Source: an uncultured Pseudomonadales bacterium (GTDB lineage: Bacteria; Pseudomonadota; Gammaproteobacteria; Pseudomonadales; UBA7434). Taken from it: a stretch of DNA of 44,886 nucleotides. Of the stretch, positions 38,212 to 44,886 are shown piece after piece. The notes under the pieces are model-generated. The model was not told the DNA's origin, did not search any database, and was given only the letters and a program-made list of their open reading frames with translations. Made by a program: the position numbers and the translations under genes. The stretch's first letter is position 1; every line of letters begins with the position of its first letter. The stretch lies in contig CAJQQO010000111.1 of the NCBI GenBank assembly GCA_905480475.1, positions 1 through 44,886 of the forward strand. Reading direction: 5' to 3'.

Positions 38212-38725
38212 TTATTTTATTCCCGACAAACAATAAGTCTTATTCGCTTACTTGTTATAATTTCGCTCGCGCGATACCTGCGCAATAGGCACGTCTCTTT
38301 CAAGTGATAGCGATCTGTATCAAGTTCCGGCTATCGGTATCAAGCCGAAGCCATCGACTTTTAGCGTTTTTATTATAGCTAGCTAATCGCACAGTTTAAC
38401 CCTAATAAACCCTGCAAGGTGATGCAATTTAACCGCAAATGGCTAATGCAAATGTACAAAATGTTAAAGTAGTCATCCAAGTAGCTGGTTTGGTGCAAAA
38501 AAACGGCCGGCAAATACACGCAAAATATCGGTGATTAGCGTATAGGCAATGACCCAGACGCTTAACAATGCCATAATACTCGGCCAATTAAATCCGCCAG
38601 ATGTACTGCATACCCGCATTAGCGTTCGGCTCCAGAACTGAAATAAAGCGCTGGAAATAATTGAATCCCTACATTTGAATGGTACGTTTCACCACAGCTT
38701 TTCCACTGAACAATAGAAGCAAGTT

Positions 38726-40876
38726 ATGATATCGAATGACTCCTCTCAGACAGCTAACTCGACTGCCGAAGAAAACACTCAAGCGGCTGAAATGTCATCT
38801 GGCCCTGCTAAGACCGGTAGTTTTTTATTGAAGTTTTTTTTCGGTCTTTTGCTATTGATGATTATCTGCCTTGCCATTGTATTGGCAACACTGTCTTCTA
38901 CCCTGCCCAAGGTCGCAAGTCATTTTCTAAAAGACTACGATATTGATCTGACTATTGGCAAAATGGATTTACGTCTATTAGATGGCACCCTGGATATTGA
39001 CAACCTTTCGCTAGGTGATATTAATTCCAGTGAAGCCTTAACCATTAAGCAATTAAATGTAGCGGTCGACCTGGAAGAAGCAATACGGAATAAAAATATT
39101 ATTATTAATACTGTCAGTATCAGTGACGTTGAGATCCCTATTAGCCATACTTTAAGCCCCGGTAAAGCCGATCAGATTACTATTGCCGGTATTGACCCTG
39201 AACGCTTCGCCAGCCAAGAAGCCAAACCCAAAGAAACGACCGAAGCCAATAAAGACAGCATAGCTTTTGCTTGGGATTCAATTACGCTCGACGATATTAA
39301 TTTGCTTTACACACGAATAAGCGTTGGCAGCGACGCCAGCAGTACCAATATTAAAGCGATATTACATACACTCGCCGTCGGTTCGTTTTCATCGACGGAT
39401 ACAAGAACGCCAACTTCCATACAAGCACAACTAACCGCAGCCGATATTCAATCCAGTTTTGCAGGCAGTGTTGCGCCGTTAGACAACGGCAAGCCCGGAC
39501 ATATTACTGCCAAGCTAGCTAATATCGATTTGGCCCAACTAAAAGAGTTACTCGATGATTTAGCGATCGAGCTACCGCCGCAAGCCAGCGGTATAGAAGG
39601 TATGCTGGATTATGAAGGCCGAATCGACTGGTGGATTACCGACGCTAGAATGTTTATCAATTTGCAATCATCCGAGCTTAACGCCAACAAGTTCTATATG
39701 ACGCTAGCGAATAAAGTAGGCGGCAATGGTAAAACATCGGTAGTGCAGTCTATTAACGGTGATTTCAAACTACTGGCTGAAAAAATCAAGGTCGGTTTAA
39801 ACCCAACGCATATCATCGTAAGTAATTTTGATTCGCAAGATAGTACGCTTAACTACATCGACAAGCAGTTAAACCCCAAAGCAGAAATAAAGCTAAAGAA
39901 TATTAACCTAGCTATTGATGCGCTCGATACTTTCGAAACCAAAAAATCCTCTGCCTTGAATTTTAATGCAAAAATGGGCGACTTCGGCAAGCTATCGGTC
40001 AAGGGTCAATTAGCCTTGCTCGACCCTAAATCGAGTGGCGACTTAGTTATTCAAGGTGAGCAATTAAACCTGACTGGCTTTAGCGGCTTTAGTAATGCCG
40101 CTATTGGCAAGCGTATCAAAAAAGGCGCTTTGGATTTTAATATCAATGCGCTTATCTCTAATGGCTTAATCGATAGCAAAGTCAATCTCGAAGCACATCA
40201 GTTGGGCTTTGCCGGTCTTAGCGCCGAACAAAAAGCAACAAAAGCGGCCGCCGACTTGGAATCCAATAAATTAGATCCAAGCGATAAAAAACCGGGCTTT
40301 GAAACCGAGTTAGGTATGCCATTAAATACTGCGTTAAACTTGCTGCGCGACAAAGACGATACCATTCGGCTAAAGATTCCTGTTAAAGGGCCAGTGGATG
40401 ATCCAAATATTAATATCAATAGCATTATTAATAAGGCCATATTTAAAACCTTTAAATCTGCTGTGTTCACGCAGCTTGGGCCGCTTATGGCTTTATCGGC
40501 GTTTGATAAAATGAAATCATTTAGTGATGCCGCCAAGCTTAAGCCGGTAACTTTTGCGCCAATGCAAAATGACTTGGTCGCTGAAGAAATGGCCGTTATC
40601 GATAAGCTTGCTAAGTTTCTAGCCAAACGTGAACGAATCAAACTCAATATCTGTGGTGTCGCCAGTAGCAGCGAAGCTAGTGCAACCGATGAGTCAGTCA
40701 AGCAAACAGAAAAAGCGACCGATAGCGATGAGCTATTAGCGCTAGCCGATGCCCGCGCAGTCTTTGCCAAAAATCATTTAATCGAAAAAGGTATTGATGG
40801 CAAACGCCTAATACTTTGTGCCGCAGAGATTGATAGTAGTGAAGCGGCAACGCCTAGAGTTGATTTTTCGCTTTAA
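38726..40876 (+). CDS. DUF748/AsmA-like membrane-anchored protein with OmpA-like C-terminal segment
   Basis: N-terminal TM anchor, beta-rich body, LGMPLNTALNLLRD...IPVKG..DDP, C-terminal LADARA...L..KGI...RL...PRVDF. Confidence 0.75.
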   Translation: MISNDSSQTANSTAEENTQAAEMSSGPAKTGSFLLKFFFGLLLLMIICLAIVLATLSSTLPKVASHFLKDYDIDLTIGKMDLRLLDGTLDIDNLSLGDINSSEALTIKQLNVAVDLEEAIRNKNIIINTVSISDVEIPISHTLSPGKADQITIAGIDPERFASQEAKPKETTEANKDSIAFAWDSITLDDINLLYTRISVGSDASSTNIKAILHTLAVGSFSSTDTRTPTSIQAQLTAADIQSSFAGSVAPLDNGKPGHITAKLANIDLAQLKELLDDLAIELPPQASGIEGMLDYEGRIDWWITDARMFINLQSSELNANKFYMTLANKVGGNGKTSVVQSINGDFKLLAEKIKVGLNPTHIIVSNFDSQDSTLNYIDKQLNPKAEIKLKNINLAIDALDTFETKKSSALNFNAKMGDFGKLSVKGQLALLDPKSSGDLVIQGEQLNLTGFSGFSNAAIGKRIKKGALDFNINALISNGLIDSKVNLEAHQLGFAGLSAEQKATKAAADLESNKLDPSDKKPGFETELGMPLNTALNLLRDKDDTIRLKIPVKGPVDDPNININSIINKAIFKTFKSAVFTQLGPLMALSAFDKMKSFSDAAKLKPVTFAPMQNDLVAEEMAVIDKLAKFLAKRERIKLNICGVASSSEASATDESVKQTEKATDSDELLALADARAVFAKNHLIEKGIDGKRLILCAAEIDSSEAATPRVDFSL

Positions 40877-40959
40877 TTTAAATGCGCAGTCAAAAATTTT
40901 ATAGCACTCAATGAGTCAATGTTACACCAGTCCAAGACCCAACATTTACGGAAGTAATA

Positions 40960-42252
40960 ATGTCAGCAAACAGTCATTCAGAAAAACTTTTTCAACGCGC
41001 CCAGCAATCTATTCCCGGCGGCGTTAACTCTCCGGTACGTGCGTTTAAAGCCGTAGGTGGAACACCGCTATTTATTCAATCGGCCAAGGGCCCTTATGTC
41101 GTTGATTGTGACGGCAAACAATATATTGATTACGTACAATCTTGGGGGCCAATGGTATTGGGTCATGCTCATCCGCAAGTGATTGCTGCGGTACAAGAAA
41201 AAATGGCCGACGGCCTAAGTTTTGGCGCACCCACTGAAATAGAAACCGAATTGGCCGAAAAAATAAAATCGATTTTGCCGTCAATGGATATGTTACGCAT
41301 GGTTAGCTCGGGCACAGAAGCCACGATGAGTGCCATACGTTTAGCGCGCGGATTTACTGGCCGCGATAAAATCGTTAAATTTGAAGGCTGCTATCACGGT
41401 CACTCTGATTCCTTATTAGTGAAAGCCGGTTCCGGCGCATTAACCTTTGGCGTACCCAGCTCGCCCGGCGTACCTGCATCCTTGGTTAAACACACTTTGA
41501 CATTAACCTATAACGATATCGAACAAGTTAAACAAGTTTTTGCCGAACAAGGCGATAGCATTGCCTGCATTATTGTCGAGCCAGTTGCAGGCAATATGAA
41601 TTGCGTGCCGCCTATTGATGGTTTTTTAGAAAGCTTGCGTGAAGTTTGCGATGCCTCAGGTGCAGTACTTATTTTTGATGAAGTGATGACCGGTTTTAGA
41701 GTGGGCTTAACAGGCGCGCAAGGCCATTACGCTATTACGCCCGACCTGACCACTTTAGGCAAAGTGATTGGCGGCGGTATGCCAGTAGGTGCATTTGGCG
41801 GACGGCGCGACATTATGGAACAATTAGCACCCATCGGGCCTGTCTATCAAGCGGGCACCTTGTCGGGCAATCCAGTTGCTATGGCGGCGGGATTAACCAC
41901 GCTTAATCTCGTTTGCGAACAAGGCTTTTATCCACCGATATTTGCGGCGACCGAACAACTTACCAATGGACTACAAGCGATTGCCAATAATCTGGGGATG
42001 CCCTTTACCACTAATCATGTTGGCAGTATGTTCGGAGTATTTTTTACTGAAGCAGAAACCGTTAGCCGTTACGAGCAAGTAATGAGTGGCAATACCGACC
42101 GCTTTAATCAATTTTTTCATGGCATGCTAGATCATGGCGTTTATTTGGCACCGGCTAGTTATGAAGCGGGATTTGTTTCTGCGGCACATACTAGCGATAT
42201 TATTGATCAGACCTTAACAGCAGCCGAGCAAGTTATGGCGCAGTTAAGCTAG
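40960..42252 (+). CDS. hemL: Glutamate-1-semialdehyde 2,1-aminomutase
   Basis: [44 protein letters not shown]-Lys in [17 protein letters not shown]. Confidence 0.98.
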   Translation: MSANSHSEKLFQRAQQSIPGGVNSPVRAFKAVGGTPLFIQSAKGPYVVDCDGKQYIDYVQSWGPMVLGHAHPQVIAAVQEKMADGLSFGAPTEIETELAEKIKSILPSMDMLRMVSSGTEATMSAIRLARGFTGRDKIVKFEGCYHGHSDSLLVKAGSGALTFGVPSSPGVPASLVKHTLTLTYNDIEQVKQVFAEQGDSIACIIVEPVAGNMNCVPPIDGFLESLREVCDASGAVLIFDEVMTGFRVGLTGAQGHYAITPDLTTLGKVIGGGMPVGAFGGRRDIMEQLAPIGPVYQAGTLSGNPVAMAAGLTTLNLVCEQGFYPPIFAATEQLTNGLQAIANNLGMPFTTNHVGSMFGVFFTEAETVSRYEQVMSGNTDRFNQFFHGMLDHGVYLAPASYEAGFVSAAHTSDIIDQTLTAAEQVMAQLS

Positions 42253-42265
42253 CTACTGCAATTGA

Positions 42266-42339
42266 AGATCAATATATTGTTGTTATGCTGTCGCTGTGTT
42301 GTCGCTCTATTTTCAATCCAGCCAACAATATATTGATCT
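42266..42339. repeat. 17-bp perfect inverted repeat with 40-bp spacer
   Basis: AGATCAATATATTGTTG (42266-42282) and CAACAATATATTGATCT (42323-42339). Confidence 0.8.
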
Positions 42340-42517
42340 GATAAATCCTCATCAACAAACCATCACCCTCCAAGCCTATAGCCGCTTAGCGCTGCCGTCT
42401 TAAACGACTGTAATCTTAAGCAGCCACAATCGAGCGTCTCGGCTATAGCTAATCGGCAGTCAAGCGTTTACGATCATCCTCATAATACAAAACCTTCACT
42501 AGCCTAGAGAACCCCCT

Positions 42518-44797
42518 ATGAGCAACGCTATAGCAACGCATTTACTGCGCTGGCGCTATTTATTTACGCTGATACTACTGGGGATTACAGCTTGGTTAAG
42601 TGCATCACTGGGCAACTTTGGATTTAACGCAGACTTTCGCATTTTCTTTGACGATGACGACCCACTACTGGTGGCGTATGAATCGATGGAAAAAGAATTT
42701 ACTCAATCCTATACCCAAATTTTTATTCTTGAATCCAAAGAGGGTGATTTATTTAGCCCCGAGCGTTTAGACGGTATTCAGTGGTTAAACGATAAAGCCT
42801 GGCGTTTGCCATTGGCGGAGCGTGTTATCTCGGTTGCCAACCATCAACATACTTCAGCAGATGGTGATGACCTATGGGTGGAAGATTTATTTGACCAACC
42901 CGCGGAATACTCAAGCGATCAAGTTAAGCGTATTCGCAATATTGTATTAAATGAACCCGAACTCGTTGATCGCTTGATTAATGATAGCGGCAATATCGCA
43001 TTGATAATTGTTTATTTAAATGTGCACGAAAATGAACAAGAAGCAAAACCACAGATACTGCAACAAAGTCGTGAAATCGTCAGTGAGTTTGAAAACCTGT
43101 ATCCCGATATTACGGTTCAAATTAGCGGCCAGCTCGCCGTGGACGCAAGTATTGTAGAAATTGCCGAGCGCGATGCGATCAATGTCGAGCTGGTGATGTT
43201 TTGTTGCTTACTTTTGCTACTGGCTTTTTTCTTACGCTCTGTCGCAGCGGTCATTACCGGGCTGATCATTATGCTAACCAGCGTGTTAGCGGCCACGGGT
43301 TTTCTGGGCATGGTCTATACCGACTTTAACGGTATTAACTTAAGCACACCCTATATCGTTTACATGATGGCGATTTTGGATTGCGTGCATATTATCTCGG
43401 CCTATTTTAGCCGCTTAAATGATGGCATGGACAAACACACAGCTATGCACGACAGCTTGTCCAAAAATCTGGAAGCCTTGTTTATCACCAGTATCACCAC
43501 CGCTGCTGGCTTTATGGCAATGAACTTTGCCGACTCACCACCGTTTAGAGAGTTCGGTACTGCAACGGCTTTTGGCGTGATGTTTGCGTTTCTTTGTTCA
43601 ATCACAATTATTCCAGCCTTATTGCTATTGCTGCCGGCAAAAAAAGTAAAACGCCCACCCGTCGCCAGCCTGGTTGCACTCTCACAAAACTTGTTTAAAT
43701 CGCATAATAAATGGTACCTACCGATTGGCTGGTTGGTGATTGTCATTATGATCCCAGCGGCCTTACTTAACTCACCTAACAATCATTCGATGGCAGCCTT
43801 CCACAAAGATGCGCCCATTCGTGTTGCCACCGAATTTCTTGATGAAAATTTATCGGGCACTGATATTATCGATTTTCTTATTCGCGCCGATGGACCCGGA
43901 GAAATTGTCGCGCCTGACTTTCTACAAACGATTGATGGCTTTGTTGACTGGCTGGAGTCGCAGCCGGAAGTATTAAAAGTCAGCGGCTTTCACCAAATTA
44001 TTAAACGTCTCAATAAAAGCATGCATGGTGACGACCCGGGTTACTATCGCATTCCTGATGATCGTCGCGCGGTTGCAGAGTATTTGTTAATTTATGAATC
44101 TAGCGTACCGGAAGAGCTAGACTTACAAGACAATGTCAATATCGATAAAAGCGCGCTGCGTGTGACCGCAATGCTAAGCATGTTAAGCAGCAAGGATTTA
44201 CTTAACTTTAATAACCGCGTACTCGAAAAACTTGAAACGCTTAAACCCGGTATTGCCGATTATGAATCGTCTAGTCCACCGCTGATGATGGGTTATGTCG
44301 CACAATCCAATATTATTAGCATGTTAACCGGCTGTTTATTTGTCGCCGCTTTTGTCTGTTTCAGCATGATCATTGCGTTTCGCTCTATACGCTTGGGCTT
44401 GCTATGTATGATTCCCAATTTATTACCCGCCATTGTTGCTTTCGGCTTATGCGGAATATTTATTGGTGAAATCGATATGGGTACAGCAATGATATTTAGT
44501 ATGACGCTCGGTGTTGTTGTGGATGATACTATTCACTTTGTGGTCAGTTATCGGCGGCTTAGAATAGAGGGTGGTTTATCACCGCATGAGGCAGTGCATG
44601 ACACTTACTCCTTGGTTGGTCGTGCCATCATCATTACCAGTCTGGTCTTATGTATTGGTTATATGATTCCTGTGTTTATCGCCGAGCTGCGAATGAATGT
44701 ACAGATGTATGCGTTATCGGTAGTGTGTATTGGCACGGCAATGATCGCGGATTTATTTTTCTTACCCGCTCTCCTGATTAAAACCGATAAGACATAA
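42518..44797 (+). CDS. MMPL/RND-family transporter
   Basis: Two repeats of TM + large periplasmic loop + TM bundle; ILDCVH / VVDDTIH, TSITTAAGF / GRAIIITS. Confidence 0.9.
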   Translation: MSNAIATHLLRWRYLFTLILLGITAWLSASLGNFGFNADFRIFFDDDDPLLVAYESMEKEFTQSYTQIFILESKEGDLFSPERLDGIQWLNDKAWRLPLAERVISVANHQHTSADGDDLWVEDLFDQPAEYSSDQVKRIRNIVLNEPELVDRLINDSGNIALIIVYLNVHENEQEAKPQILQQSREIVSEFENLYPDITVQISGQLAVDASIVEIAERDAINVELVMFCCLLLLLAFFLRSVAAVITGLIIMLTSVLAATGFLGMVYTDFNGINLSTPYIVYMMAILDCVHIISAYFSRLNDGMDKHTAMHDSLSKNLEALFITSITTAAGFMAMNFADSPPFREFGTATAFGVMFAFLCSITIIPALLLLLPAKKVKRPPVASLVALSQNLFKSHNKWYLPIGWLVIVIMIPAALLNSPNNHSMAAFHKDAPIRVATEFLDENLSGTDIIDFLIRADGPGEIVAPDFLQTIDGFVDWLESQPEVLKVSGFHQIIKRLNKSMHGDDPGYYRIPDDRRAVAEYLLIYESSVPEELDLQDNVNIDKSALRVTAMLSMLSSKDLLNFNNRVLEKLETLKPGIADYESSSPPLMMGYVAQSNIISMLTGCLFVAAFVCFSMIIAFRSIRLGLLCMIPNLLPAIVAFGLCGIFIGEIDMGTAMIFSMTLGVVVDDTIHFVVSYRRLRIEGGLSPHEAVHDTYSLVGRAIIITSLVLCIGYMIPVFIAELRMNVQMYALSVVCIGTAMIADLFFLPALLIKTDKT

Positions 44798-44805
44798 TAT
44801 TAACC

Positions 44806-44886
44806 ATGCCGCATCAAAGATTAACAAAGTGGAATTCAGTAAAGTCCTTACCGCGCTTATCGCTAGGCACTGCAGTTTTTATTGGC
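44806..44886 (+). CDS. 5' end of a probable exported protein (truncated by window edge)
   Basis: ATG 8 bp after the MMPL stop, open to the window end: MPHQRLTKWNSVKSLPRLSLGTAVFIG (basic then hydrophobic, signal-peptide-like). Confidence 0.5.
   Translation, partial: MPHQRLTKWNSVKSLPRLSLGTAVFIG

Noticed and set aside
35668-40770. Long antisense ORFs (35668-36195, 36923-37426, 40198-40770) and similar shadow ORFs elsewhere
   Set aside because: They overlap well-supported genes on the opposite strand and carry no recognisable motifs.
1-44886. CRISPR arrays, tRNA/rRNA, IS elements, integrases, defence or phage genes
   Set aside because: No spaced direct repeats, RNA gene signatures or matching protein motifs were seen by eye.

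Overview
Chromosomal window from a gammaproteobacterium; gene content suggests a marine Cellvibrionales-like organism (inference). About 32 CDS; I found no rRNA, tRNA, CRISPR, IS or prophage signal. The left part is housekeeping: partial ilvE, glnE, an orphan GspE/PilB-type ATPase, argE-argA, an acyltransferase, a DEDDh/GIY-YIG nuclease, ppk1-ppx divergent from a PAP2 phosphatase + MJ1255-type glycosyltransferase, metY and a YfaZ-like protein. The middle is accessory catabolism. It holds an ATP-grasp gene divergent from an AGCS symporter-aldehyde dehydrogenase-glutamine amidotransferase set, then a 9-gene cluster (TauD, CoA ligase, N-acyl-D-amino-acid deacylase, epoxide hydrolase, sulfotransferase <-> SDR, TetR, DUF1214-like, atypical crotonase) whose divergent region carries a perfect 40-bp palindrome with a sigma70-like promoter on each strand. 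The right part has HDOD, a CPA1 antiporter, DUF748, hemL and an MMPL transporter. Best leads: the palindrome-centred sulfotransferase cluster; the ppk/PAP2 intergenic region with a perfect FNR box and tandem Pho-box-like repeats; and a sharp mirror-image G/C skew at the argA/acyltransferase junction. All family calls come from motif recognition by eye, not database searches.
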